A stretch of DNA of 63,896 nucleotides, filler included, from a bacterium (lineage in GTDB: Bacteria; JAJRZV01): assembly GCA_024275095.1 (NCBI GenBank). It is 4 parts of 4 records of this genome, joined end to end, with 100 filler letters (N's around TTAATTAATTAA, not from the genome) between each part and the next. Parts side by side here need not be neighbours in the genome. Positions count along the whole stretch, not along the records: positions 1 to 23,444 come from JAJRZV010000006.1; positions 23,545 to 38,384 come from JAJRZV010000091.1; 2 more parts are not named here. The stretch is one strand, 5' to 3'. The notes under the pieces were generated by a model that was not told the origin of the DNA, ran no database searches, and saw nothing but the letters and a program-made list of their open reading frames with translations. The translations under genes and the position numbers were made by a program. Positions 21,371-31,265 of the stretch are shown piece by piece (the first letter of the stretch is position 1; each line of letters starts with the position of its first letter).

Positions 21371-22718
21371 AAAAATTCACTTTGTGGGTATAGGTGGATC
21401 CGGCATGAGTGGAATTGCGGAGGTGCTTATTAACCTTGGATACGAGGTAAGCGGCTCAGACATTAATTGTACTGCCGTAACAAGCCGACTGGAGGACATG
21501 GGAGCAAAGATTACCTACGGGCACGACGCCGGGCTTGTCCACGGGGCAGATGTTGTTGTGGTTTCCTCCGCCATTAAAGAGGACAATCCAGAAGTTACAG
21601 AAGCACGAAGCCTCAACATTCCCGTGATTAAACGTGCGGAGATGCTGGCGGAACTCATGAGGCTCAAATACGGCATCGCCGTATCCGGCAGCCACGGGAA
21701 GACCACAACTACGTCCATGATCGAAGAGGTGCTCACAGCAGGAGGATACGATCCCACGGCCATTGTTGGAGGCAAGCTCATCTCTTCAGGTACCGGTGCG
21801 AAACTGGGAGAGGGACCATTTCTGATTGCCGAAGCAGACGAATCAGACGGGTCCTTTCACAAGCTCAATCCTGTGATTGTTGTTGTTACGAACATTGATG
21901 ACGAGCACCTTGATTTTTACGGCTCCTATGAAGCCGTGAAAGAGGCTTTCGTGGAATTTGCCAACCGCATTCCTTTCTACGGTCTGGCGGTGATGTGCAT
22001 TGATGATCCGGGAGTGATGAGCATTTTACCGCGGCTGGAGAAAAGAGTGCTGACCTACGGTATCAGCGCCCAGGCAGATCTCCGGGCTGAAAACATCGTC
22101 AAAACAGAAGAGGGCTACAGCTTCAACGTGATTTTTCAAAATGAAGCACTGGGTGAAGTGAGCCTCGGCATGAAAGGCGAGCACAATGTGCTCAATGCTC
22201 TTGCGTCCATTGCTGTAGGCATTGAACTGGAGATGCCTTTCGAGAGGGTTGCCAAAGCCCTTTCTGGTTTCCAGGGTGTGCACAGGCGTTTTGAGATCGT
22301 GGGTGAAAAGGACGGTGTGGTGGTTGTTGATGATTACGGTCATCATCCCACTGAAATTCTCACTACGCTGGAGACGGCACGGGCTGAATTTCCCGGTCGG
22401 CGGCTCGTGGTGGTGTTTCAGCCCCACAGGTACTCGAGAACCAAACTTCTCAAGCACCGTTTCCCACCGTCACTCCGGCTGGCCGACGTCCTCATACTTA
22501 CCGATGTGTATCCTGCTGGTGAGGTTCCTCGGGAAGGCGGTAGGGGTGAGGACCTTTATCAGGAACTCCGCAACCAGGGGCTCAGAAACGTTGTATTTGC
22601 TCCTTCTCTTGAAGAAGCGTGGAAGGCGCTTTGCTCTACAGTGAGAGAAGGGGATGTTTTGCTCACGCTTGGAGCAGGAAATGTTTACACCATTGCCGAG
22701 AGGTTCCTCAGTGATTGA
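21354..22718 (+). CDS. murC: UDP-MurNAc--L-Ala ligase MurC
   Basis: HFVGIGGSGMSG, GSHGKTTTT, EADESD, DDYGHHPTE, FQPHRYSRT. Confidence 0.97.
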   Translation: MYGRIKKIHFVGIGGSGMSGIAEVLINLGYEVSGSDINCTAVTSRLEDMGAKITYGHDAGLVHGADVVVVSSAIKEDNPEVTEARSLNIPVIKRAEMLAELMRLKYGIAVSGSHGKTTTTSMIEEVLTAGGYDPTAIVGGKLISSGTGAKLGEGPFLIAEADESDGSFHKLNPVIVVVTNIDDEHLDFYGSYEAVKEAFVEFANRIPFYGLAVMCIDDPGVMSILPRLEKRVLTYGISAQADLRAENIVKTEEGYSFNVIFQNEALGEVSLGMKGEHNVLNALASIAVGIELEMPFERVAKALSGFQGVHRRFEIVGEKDGVVVVDDYGHHPTEILTTLETARAEFPGRRLVVVFQPHRYSRTKLLKHRFPPSLRLADVLILTDVYPAGEVPREGGRGEDLYQELRNQGLRNVVFAPSLEEAWKALCSTVREGDVLLTLGAGNVYTIAERFLSD

Positions 22719-23444
22719 ACGGGCGCGTGATATGCTGGCACAGGTGCCGGGGCTTGTTATCAGGGAAAATGTTCCCGGTGCAAAAGTCACGTCGCTTGGT
22801 GTGGGAGGTCCCATTGATCTTTACGTGATTCCTGGAAACACAAAAGCCCTGGAAGCGGCGTTGAAAGTGTTTTCTGAAGAAAAGGTTTCATGGCTTCCCG
22901 TGGGCGCGGGAACCAATATTCTCATAAAGGACGGCGGCTTTCGCGGCGCGTTTATACGTCCTGGCGGGGAACTGGCATCGGTGGAGGTGGAGAAAGCAGG
23001 CGACCGCGTCCGTGTGATATGCGGGGGTGGTGCGCCTCTTCCACATGTGGTGAGTGTCTGCACCGAAGCGGGATGTGAGGGCGTGGAAGCCCTGGCAGGC
23101 ATACCGGGAACCGTCGGGGGTGCTGTGGCAGGCAATGCCGGTGGACGTAAAAATTCCATCAGCGCTTTTGTGGAGTCCATTGTTCTCTACGGTCGCGGTG
23201 GCCGCAGGACAGAACTTTCGGGGAACTCCGTGAAGTGGTCTTACAGGAAAGCTGCACTTCCAAAAGGTGTTATTGAACAGGTGGTGCTTCGCTTTAAGCG
23301 CAGTGATCCGGAAAAAGTCCAAAAAGCTGTGGAAGAAGAAATGGCTTACCGACGGTCCACACAGCCTCTGGGCCGCCGTACTGCAGGGTGTGCATTTCTC
23401 AATCCGCGAAAGGGTAGAGTGTCTGCAGGAAAGATTGTTGAAGA
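22711..23444 (+). CDS. murB: UDP-N-acetylenolpyruvoylglucosamine reductase MurB (3' truncated by contig end)
   Basis: GVGGP, GAGTNILIKDGG, GIPGTVGGAVAGNAG, QPL...AGCAFLNP; probable GTG start at 22711. Confidence 0.93.
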
Positions 23445-23544
23445 NNNNNNNNNNNNNNNNNNNNNNNNNNNNNNNNNNNNNNNNNNNNTTAATTAATTAA
23501 NNNNNNNNNNNNNNNNNNNNNNNNNNNNNNNNNNNNNNNNNNNN
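23445..23544. other. Artificial contig linker
   Basis: 44 N + TTAATTAATTAA (stops in all six frames) + 44 N. Confidence 0.98.
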
Positions 23545-23776
23545 CCGAAAAATCTCCTCCCACTACGCTGAGCTCAGGAGATCAGCCTTGTGGAGGTTTT
23601 CAAAATTCTCCTTCCTTGCCGGTGGAATTTCCTTTTTTCCTCTCTCTTGATGGAAAGAGATTGATAAAGGAGGCCACGCCACAACCGTGTCCTTCACCCT
23701 CTGACAGGGAAGGACGAAAGGCAAGGGTGATGTGCTAAGAGCCGCGCAAGCCACCTCATTCCCCCCATTCACTGCG

Positions 23777-23912
23777 AAAGGCGATCGCGCCTTCGGCGGC
23801 ATGGCCCGCTGGTCATCACGAGGAGGCAAGGCGACCGAAGTAATCCCGGATTCACACACCATCCAGCACCCCCACCGCAGGACCCGAATGTCAAATGTTG
23901 AGACCAGACCCC
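23777..23912. repeat. Degenerate REP-like extragenic palindromic elements
   Basis: Hairpin AAGGCG-ATCG-CGCCTT; GTCATCACGAGGAGGCAAGGCGACCGAAGTAATCCC (23812-23847) resembles the GTCATTGCGAG...GAAGCAATCC repeat type; GGGGTCTGGTCTCAACATTTGACATT on the minus strand. Family assignment is from recall only. Confidence 0.4.
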
Positions 23913-23933
23913 GAAAAGACCCCCCATCAATTT

Positions 23934-24815
23934 TTACCTCAACTTTTCTGCAAGCCAGTTCGGAAATTGCTGCCAGGGAATAGCAATATTATTGAATGGA
24001 AGATGAGTGGGGCTGCTTACCTGACATACCAAAACTCCCTCATCCGATACACTATCTTTTGCCAACTCCTTAAATTTTTGAAGAGACCTTGTGTGGGCAG
24101 GCATCGGAGTCGCAGTTTTCTTTATTTCAACAGGATATAACCTGCCTCCTATTTGAAGCAAGAGATCAATTTCTATCCCATCATGAGAACGCCAGAAAAA
24201 CATGCTTTTGCCCACACCATAAATTGATAGTATTTTCAAAGCTTTACTTACCATAAATCCTTCAAAAAGCGCTCCCCCCATTGCTCCCATAAGACTCGCT
24301 TCGCCGCCAGGCTGAAATGTCAGATCACACACAATGCAGGATCAATAAAGTAAATTTTAGGAGCACTATACGTTTACGAAAATTCCGGTAAAAAGGCGGA
24401 AGAAAAAAGCAAATGTGGGATGCTTCCAGAACCCCTGCCCACGATTTAATCGTTGGAACCGATACTCCAATCTCTTCTGAAATCCGCGATGCGTTAAAAA
24501 CCTGAGTGTGATAAGCAGAGCTTAGCCTCAAAAAATTCTCAAACAATCTTAAATCTTTAACGTTTATTAACTGCCTGAGGTCTCTCTCCACGTAAGTTTT
24601 AATGTAAGACTGCACCCATAATTTTCTTTTTTTTGGATACAGGAAAGGTTCAGGGTAAAGTCCTCTCCATATAACATCCTCGAGTGTAAACTTTTTTTTG
24701 CTTTTCAATTCCTTTATGCTGAAAGGATATAGCTCCAGCACTGCAACACGTCCTGCAAGGGACTCTGTTATGCCTTTCATCAAAACAAATTGTTGAGAAC
24801 CTGAAGGAAGGAGCA
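23934..24815 (-). pseudogene. AAA+ ATPase with DUF4143 domain, 5'-truncated and frameshifted
   Basis: SGSQQF...ESLAGRV...YIKTYVERDLRQL in one frame, APKIYFIDPAL in a second, GALFEG...FFWRSHDGIEIDLL...PVEIK in a third; no Walker A region. Confidence 0.85.
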
Positions 24816-25083
24816 GGCATTCCAACCCCCAATAGAGGGGAGGCCGGGAAGCATTAACGTCCACCCTACCCCACACCACCACCCTAATACTGCGGGCGGG
24901 ACATACACACGGCAAGCGTGCAAAAAAGAAATCAGGAGGCGGCTGGTGAGAAACACGGGGGAATACCGGGTACGCGTGCCCACCACTCCCCCAACCAGGA
25001 ACCAGGGATAGGGCGGGTGGGAAATGTAAACATATTAAGAGAATAAACCGGGCTTTCCAACCTGATGTACCAGGTGCTGAAAA

Positions 25084-26574
25084 CTAATCCTCGAGAGTGA
25101 GTTTTCTGCGGAGCACTTTGCCAGAGGGAGTTTTGGGTATGGAATCCACGAACTTAATGTATCTGGGCACTTTATTGTGAGCGATGCGTTCCCTCATCCA
25201 CCGGCGCAGTTCGTCTTCCGAGAGCCGGCTTCCCGGCCTGAGCACAACGAAGGCTGCAATTTCCTCTCCCATCACTTTGTCAGGCACGCCCTTAACGACC
25301 GCCTCCAGTACATCCGGGTGCTGAACCATAACCCTTTCCACGTCACCAGGCAGTATATTGAATCCCCCGCGGATGATAAGTTCCTTCTTTCGTCCCACAA
25401 GGTGAAGGTAACCATCTTCGTCAAAGTAGCCGAGGTCACCAGTGTAAAGCCAGCCGTCACGAAGCACCTTTTTTGTCTCTTCGGGATTCTTGAAATATCC
25501 TTTCATCACGTTGGGACCCCTCACGACCACTTCACCTGTCTCACCAGGCTTCACCGGATTACCCTCTTCGTCCACGATCTTGATTTCCACGCCATCGAGG
25601 GGAATACCCACGCTTCCGGGTCGGGGGTTTCTTTCCGGGTTGGCCGCGATTACGGCTGTGGTTTCAGAAAGCCCATATCCTTCGGCAATCAGCTTACCTG
25701 TTCTTCTCTGCCACTCTTTTTGAATCCATTCGGGCAGGGGAGCCGTACCCGAACCCCAGGTTTCCACGCTTTCGACATATTCCTCCAGCCGGGGGTGTTG
25801 AAGCATAACGGCATACATCGCAGGCACACCGCGAAATGCCCTTATCCGGTACTTCTTGATATTCTCCAGCACTTCATCCACAACAAATTTTTCCATGAGG
25901 ACGCTTTTCTTTCTGAAATCCTGGATAAAGTTGGCCACAAGCCCTAAAAGACCCATGGCGTGTGAAAGGGGAACACAAATGAGCGAAATTTCATTTTTGT
26001 GCAGGTAAGGTTTCTGTCTTTCGTAAATCATCTGGACGTTGGAACGAATATTACGATGGGTGAGCATTACTCCCTTGGGGACTCCCGTGGTGCCAGAGGT
26101 AAAAAGAATAACCGCCACATCATCGTCTGAAACCTCTTCCACGTCCTCTCTTTCTCCCGTCTCTTCGCAAAGAATCTCCTGGAGACTTTTCCAGTTTTCT
26201 CGATCACCGTCTGCCAGAATTCGAATTTTCACCCTCTCCAGGTGCTCCGAGGCTTTCGAACATGCAATACATGCAACAGGCTCCACAAACTTTACTATGT
26301 AAGCGAATTCCTGCTTTCCCAATCGGGGCACCACGGGCACCAGAACGGCTCCACAGGCAAGTACTGCCTGAAAGGAAACGTACACCTCGGGCGAATTTTC
26401 AAGCGTAACAATCACACGGTCACCTTTCTTTACCCCCTGTTTTCTCAGGTACGCCTTGAGCTTAAGGCTGTCATTCCACACATCCACATTTGTAATTTCC
26501 CTGTCGTGAAAGATGAGAAACACGTATTCACCCAGCCTTTGAATGTTCTCCTTCAAAATGTACGCAAGGTTCAT
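25084..26574 (-). CDS. Long-chain acyl-CoA synthetase (AMP-forming)
   Basis: FTSGTTGVPKGV, EGYGLSE, TGDLG, PKTPSGK; ATG 26574 overlaps the upstream stop (ATGA). Confidence 0.92.
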   Translation of the reverse strand: MNLAYILKENIQRLGEYVFLIFHDREITNVDVWNDSLKLKAYLRKQGVKKGDRVIVTLENSPEVYVSFQAVLACGAVLVPVVPRLGKQEFAYIVKFVEPVACIACSKASEHLERVKIRILADGDRENWKSLQEILCEETGEREDVEEVSDDDVAVILFTSGTTGVPKGVMLTHRNIRSNVQMIYERQKPYLHKNEISLICVPLSHAMGLLGLVANFIQDFRKKSVLMEKFVVDEVLENIKKYRIRAFRGVPAMYAVMLQHPRLEEYVESVETWGSGTAPLPEWIQKEWQRRTGKLIAEGYGLSETTAVIAANPERNPRPGSVGIPLDGVEIKIVDEEGNPVKPGETGEVVVRGPNVMKGYFKNPEETKKVLRDGWLYTGDLGYFDEDGYLHLVGRKKELIIRGGFNILPGDVERVMVQHPDVLEAVVKGVPDKVMGEEIAAFVVLRPGSRLSEDELRRWMRERIAHNKVPRYIKFVDSIPKTPSGKVLRRKLTLED

Positions 26575-27740
26575 GACGCCCATCTCCACTCTTTCTCAAA
26601 AATTTCCCTGGCTATGGTTCTCCTGTGAATTTCGCTGGTTCCTTCCACAATGCGCAGGGCCCTCATCTTTCGCAGCATCCTCTCCAGCCCGACCTCCCGC
26701 ATGAGTCCCATTCCCCCGTGAATTTGAATGGCTGTGTCCACAGCCCTCCACACGAGCTCCGAACCAAACAACTTCACCATGGATGTCTCGGCCCTGCACC
26801 TTTCGCCCCTGTCAACCCGCCATGCCGTCCAGTACACCATCCATCTCAGGCATTCCAGTTCCGTACTCATGTCCGCAAGCATCCACTGGATCGCCTGTCG
26901 CTGGGCGATGGGTTTACCGAAAGTAACACGCTGTTTCGCATATTCAATGGATTTTCTCAGCATTCGTTCCGTGACCCCCGCGGCCGTTGCCCCGATGGAA
27001 AGGCGCCCATGAGAAATCCACTCCATGGCAAGTTTAAAACCCGCACCTTCCTCGCCCAGAATGTTCTCCTGTGGAACCCTGACTTCATCGAAGTGAATCT
27101 CTCCTGCCAGGCCATCGCGAATGATGGAGTTCTGAACATTTACTGTAATTCCCGGAGAGTCCATATCCACCAGGAAACAGGTAATTCCACCTCTTGCTCT
27201 TTTTTCAGGGTCTGTTACAGCAAAAACCATGGCAAAGTCCGCATGGGGACTGCCTGTGATAAAGTGTTTTGTCCCTGTGATAATGTAATCATTTCCGTCT
27301 TTTTGGGCCCTTGTCTGAATATTCGCCGCATCCGAACCCGCTCCCGGCTCGGTCAGCGCAAAGCACGTGGCTTTTTCCACATTCATAAGCGGCAAAAGAT
27401 ATTTTTCCCTCTGCTGCTTATTGCATGCCAGAAGGATGGGGGTGGGTCCTCCGGCCCCTCCGTAAATATCTGCACCGAAATGGTAGGTTTCGTGCCTGTT
27501 AATTTCTTCCACAAGGAGCACAAAGCCCAGAATGCCCATGCCACCGCCTCCCACCTCCTCGGGCATGTGGATTCCGTAAAATCCCGCTTCTCTGGCTTTG
27601 CGTCTGACCTCGAGTCTCACTTCCCAGGGTATCTCGTCCTCCATAAAATATTTTTCCTCGAGAGGTATAATTTCCTTCTTGATGAACCTGCGCAGGTTCT
27701 GGAGCATGATTTCGTATTCTTCGCCAATTCTTAAATTCAT
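26571..27740 (-). CDS. Acyl-CoA dehydrogenase
   Basis: FALTEPGAGSDA, GTKHFIT, QIHGGMG, RIVEGTSEI. Confidence 0.95.
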   Translation of the reverse strand: MNLRIGEEYEIMLQNLRRFIKKEIIPLEEKYFMEDEIPWEVRLEVRRKAREAGFYGIHMPEEVGGGGMGILGFVLLVEEINRHETYHFGADIYGGAGGPTPILLACNKQQREKYLLPLMNVEKATCFALTEPGAGSDAANIQTRAQKDGNDYIITGTKHFITGSPHADFAMVFAVTDPEKRARGGITCFLVDMDSPGITVNVQNSIIRDGLAGEIHFDEVRVPQENILGEEGAGFKLAMEWISHGRLSIGATAAGVTERMLRKSIEYAKQRVTFGKPIAQRQAIQWMLADMSTELECLRWMVYWTAWRVDRGERCRAETSMVKLFGSELVWRAVDTAIQIHGGMGLMREVGLERMLRKMRALRIVEGTSEIHRRTIAREIFEKEWRWAS

Positions 27741-27750
27741 CCTTTCCTCC

Positions 27751-28608
27751 TCATTTCAGTGGTTCGAGAAGCCGGGACATATTTTTCTCCAGCAACTGAA
27801 CATCCCATTTTTCAGGTGCATACATAACCTTCACCTGGTGCGGAAAAGTCCACAAACTCAGTTCATTGCCCACAATGCCGAAAATCAACCCGGTGATTTC
27901 CTTTGCCCGGTCTGAAACAAGAAAGCATACAAGTCCTGCCACGTATTCAGGACCGGGTAGTTGAAGGAGCTTGAGGTAACGGGGGTCTTCCCGGGCCTTC
28001 TTGCGGATTACCTCCTCGGGAATGGAAAGCGTCATCCTTGTCTTTGCACCGGGCGCCACAGCATTAACCCGAATCCCGTATTTTTGCAGTTCCATCGAAA
28101 GAGTACGTGTAAAACCCAGAATGCCTGCCTTGGCTGCCGCGTAGTTTGACTGGCCGACATTACCTTTCATTCCAGCGGTGGATGTGATGTTTACAATTGC
28201 TCCACTTCCTTTCTCCCGCATAATCTCCACCGCAGCCTTTGAACAACAGAACGTGCCTCTCAGGTGTACCCGGATAACATCGTCCCACTCCTCCTCGCTC
28301 ATTTTCACAAATGTTCTGTCGCGTAAAATTCCAGCGTTATTTACAAGAGCATCCAGTGTACCGAACTCTTCCACGGCCGTACCTACAATCCTCTTCGCAT
28401 CATCAATGGAAGAAACGTCTCCCTTCACCACGGCGATTTTATCCTTATCCCCCAGCTCCTCCATGGTCTTGTTCAATTCGGCCTCGTCCACGTCGTTAAT
28501 AACCACCGATGCTCCCTGCTTGAGCATCTCTTCTGCGATGGCCCTTCCTATACCCCGTGCTGCACCTGTAACCACCGCCACTTTATTCTCAAGAACCATC
28601 TTTCTCAC
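27751..28608 (-). CDS. SDR oxidoreductase (3-oxoacyl/3-hydroxyacyl-CoA type)
   Basis: TGAARGIG, NNAGILRD, YAAAK. Confidence 0.92.
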   Translation of the reverse strand: MRKMVLENKVAVVTGAARGIGRAIAEEMLKQGASVVINDVDEAELNKTMEELGDKDKIAVVKGDVSSIDDAKRIVGTAVEEFGTLDALVNNAGILRDRTFVKMSEEEWDDVIRVHLRGTFCCSKAAVEIMREKGSGAIVNITSTAGMKGNVGQSNYAAAKAGILGFTRTLSMELQKYGIRVNAVAPGAKTRMTLSIPEEVIRKKAREDPRYLKLLQLPGPEYVAGLVCFLVSDRAKEITGLIFGIVGNELSLWTFPHQVKVMYAPEKWDVQLLEKNMSRLLEPLK

Positions 28609-29402
28609 CTCCCTTTGAAATCAGGTTTTCTCTTCTCGGCAAATGCACGTCGGCCCTCCTCAAGGTCACGTGTCACGGAGAGGACAGACGCCAGAAGGTG
28701 CTCAAGTTCCAGTCCTCTTGCCAGTGGAATTTCAAAGGCACTGTTCAGGGCAAGCTTGGCAGCCCTGAGAGCGAGAGGTGCTTTTTCTGTGAGCTTGCGT
28801 GCAATATCCATGGCTCGACCCAGGAGTTTTTCATCTTCCACAACTTCGCTCACCAGACCGTAATCCTTTGCCCGTTGAGCGTCGAAAATCTCGCCCATGA
28901 GTATGATTTCTTTGGCTCGTGCCAGCCCCACCAGCCTCACAAGTCGCTGCGTACCGCCTGCAGATGGTATTGCCCCGATGTTCACTTCTGTGAGGCCGAA
29001 TCGTGCTGATGCCCCTGCAATGCGAAGGTCACACGCGAGGGCCAGTTCAAGTCCGCCGCCAACAGCCACACCGTTGACGGCCGCAATGGCGGGAAAAGGC
29101 AGATTTTCAAGGGTTTCAAAAAACCTTCTCGAAATGTTCAAATGCGCAGTTCGATGGAAGGGAGAGGCGTCCGGCGGGAGAGCCTCTGACATTTTCTTTC
29201 TTTCTCTGAGGTCTGCACCCACGCAAAAGGCCCTTCCTTCGCCCGTGATAATACACGCCCTGACCTCTTCGGCTATCATGCGCGAAGTGCAGTCCAGCAG
29301 TTCCTCAAACATCTGCATTGAAAATGCGTTGAGAACATCCGGGCGCGAAAGCTGAACGATCCCTATGGCATCTTCTTTATCAAATTTTATCGTTTCGTAC
29401 AT
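28605..29402 (-). CDS. Enoyl-CoA hydratase/isomerase (crotonase family)
   Basis: AFCVGADL, GGGLELALACDLR, GLTEVNIG, GGTQRL; both catalytic Glu present. Confidence 0.93.
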   Translation of the reverse strand: MYETIKFDKEDAIGIVQLSRPDVLNAFSMQMFEELLDCTSRMIAEEVRACIITGEGRAFCVGADLRERKKMSEALPPDASPFHRTAHLNISRRFFETLENLPFPAIAAVNGVAVGGGLELALACDLRIAGASARFGLTEVNIGAIPSAGGTQRLVRLVGLARAKEIILMGEIFDAQRAKDYGLVSEVVEDEKLLGRAMDIARKLTEKAPLALRAAKLALNSAFEIPLARGLELEHLLASVLSVTRDLEEGRRAFAEKRKPDFKGR

Positions 29403-29419
29403 GCTTCACCTCTAAAACT

Positions 29420-30205
29420 TTAAACTGTGGTATATCCTCCGCTCACGCTCAGTGTCTGTCCCGTGATAAAAGAGGCTCGCTCGGATGCAAGAAACGTCAC
29501 AGCAGAAGCCACGTCTTCCACCTCACCCAGCCGACCCAGCGGATACCTTCTGAGGACCTTCTTCTGTCTTTCTGCGAACTTCTCCTCCCCAATTTGCGCT
29601 TTCATCTTTTCGTATATTTCCTGAATGTGGTCCGTGAGGGTTGCTCCCGGAGACACGCAGTTTACAGTAATGGAGTACTTTCCCACCTCCTTGGCCAGTG
29701 CCTTTGAAAGTCCGATAATGCCGGCCTTGGCAGCGGAGTACACCACCAGTCCGGGCTCTCCGATTCTTCCCGCATCAGAAACAATATTGATAATTCTGCC
29801 CCATTTCCTCTCCATCATCCCGGGGAGCACCTCCCTCGTAAAGTAAATGGTTCCCATGAGGCACACACCGAGTACCTTCTGCCATTCTTCTTCCCGGGTA
29901 TCAATGAATTTGCCCGAGTCCCCGATACCTGCACAGTTGACGAGAATGTCTATTCTTCCAAACTTCTGGAGGGCTCTTTCCACGCATCTTTTAACATCTG
30001 CATAAGATGAAACATCTCCGGGAATCGCCAGGGTATCCACACCCTTTGCAGAAATTTCTTCAGCTGCAGCAACCGCTTTTTCCTCCACCACGTCGTTCAC
30101 GCACAGGTGTACACCCTCCTCTGCCAGAGCAATCCCTATGCCTTTGCCCATGCCCTGGCCTGCACCCGTGACAAGTGCAACCCTGTCCTTAATCTTCATG
30201 TCCAT
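29420..30205 (-). CDS. SDR oxidoreductase (BadH-like features)
   Basis: TGAGQGMG, SDAGRIG, YSAAK, TGQTLSVSGG. Confidence 0.88.
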   Translation of the reverse strand: MDMKIKDRVALVTGAGQGMGKGIGIALAEEGVHLCVNDVVEEKAVAAAEEISAKGVDTLAIPGDVSSYADVKRCVERALQKFGRIDILVNCAGIGDSGKFIDTREEEWQKVLGVCLMGTIYFTREVLPGMMERKWGRIINIVSDAGRIGEPGLVVYSAAKAGIIGLSKALAKEVGKYSITVNCVSPGATLTDHIQEIYEKMKAQIGEEKFAERQKKVLRRYPLGRLGEVEDVASAVTFLASERASFITGQTLSVSGGYTTV

Positions 30206-31265
30206 TTTTCTCCTCCTCTATCCACAAAGGTCCTCTCCAGTAGTGGAGAACTGTTTTTTCGAGTTCATTTCCCTGAAACCATCTTCCGGCAACACTTTTG
30301 GCCTTTTTGTAGTAAAGGTGTACGGGCATCTCTACCGTGAAGCCCATGGCACCGTGAATCTGGTGACAGTTTTTCGTGGCCTGTTCAGACACCTCGGCAG
30401 CAAACATAAAAGCCAGTGCCGATGCACCCTTCCATACCTCTAAACCGCGTTTACACAGGTATCCGCTCTCATTCACCATGAACCCGCAGCCCCGTATGTT
30501 CATGTAGTCATCAGCGAGCATGTGCCTTATGGCCTGGAAAGAACCGATGGGGCGACCGAACTGGACTCTTTCACGTGAATACTTCACGGCTCTGCTAAAA
30601 GCACCTTCTGCAATTCCCAGCAATTCAGCAGAAGACAGGAGCCATATCATGCACCGTGCATCCAGCAGTGTATCCTTATCTCCAAGTACCCGCTCTCTTG
30701 TACACGCGGTATCACATTTCAGCGTGTAAACCGGTTCGTCCGACATCATGTCCACCTTTTCATGCTGATATTCACCCTTCAAGAGAAGAACAGGATGCAC
30801 GCCACCGTCTGTCTCCACATCCACAATGACCCCGTCCGCGTCCTCCAGGAAAAACGCAAATTTTCCTTCGCACTGAACGTTCAATCGCTCTCCTTTCCAT
30901 GTCCCCTGAGCCGTGTTTTCGGTGTCGAAAGCTACCGAGATAATCTTTTCACCCTTGACAATCGCTTTGGTCAGTTCCTTGAAAGGTCCCTCCCGCTTTG
31001 AAAGCAGGTAAAGTGAAACATGACAATCAAGCGCCGGAGAAATAAACAGGTGCCTCCCGAACACCCGGAAAGAAACCACCGAAAGAATCGGGTCGCCGGG
31101 AAAAACGAAGCCCAGAGTGCACATGCGACGGTAAAGTTCCCGATCAAATCTTTTACTCAGAAGTACCCGGTACGAAACATCAGGATATGAAGCATCTTTC
31201 AGAAGGCGGGACAGTTCGTCTTCAAGCATTTTTTCTTCTCTGGAGGGTTCAAAGTTCACTGCCAC
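30189..31265 (-). CDS. Acyl-CoA dehydrogenase-like protein, probable non-catalytic partner subunit of a heterotetrameric ACAD
   Basis: C-terminal RVQFGRPIGSFQAIRH and HQIHGAMGFT conserved; N-terminal FAD-binding TEP..GSD motif degenerate; overlaps the adjacent ACAD. Confidence 0.8.
   Translation of the reverse strand: MAVNFEPSREEKMLEDELSRLLKDASYPDVSYRVLLSKRFDRELYRRMCTLGFVFPGDPILSVVSFRVFGRHLFISPALDCHVSLYLLSKREGPFKELTKAIVKGEKIISVAFDTENTAQGTWKGERLNVQCEGKFAFFLEDADGVIVDVETDGGVHPVLLLKGEYQHEKVDMMSDEPVYTLKCDTACTRERVLGDKDTLLDARCMIWLLSSAELLGIAEGAFSRAVKYSRERVQFGRPIGSFQAIRHMLADDYMNIRGCGFMVNESGYLCKRGLEVWKGASALAFMFAAEVSEQATKNCHQIHGAMGFTVEMPVHLYYKKAKSVAGRWFQGNELEKTVLHYWRGPLWIEEEKNGHED

Noticed and set aside
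23545-23770. Possible riboswitch or ncRNA at the start of contig 2
   Set aside because: Some pairing potential, but no family consensus I can recognise; an Rfam cmscan would be needed.
26625-27734. 369-aa plus-strand ORF and other long antisense ORFs (e.g. 47469-48422, 25177-25947, 14989-15756)
   Set aside because: They lie opposite well-supported genes and have no recognisable motifs; typical shadow ORFs.
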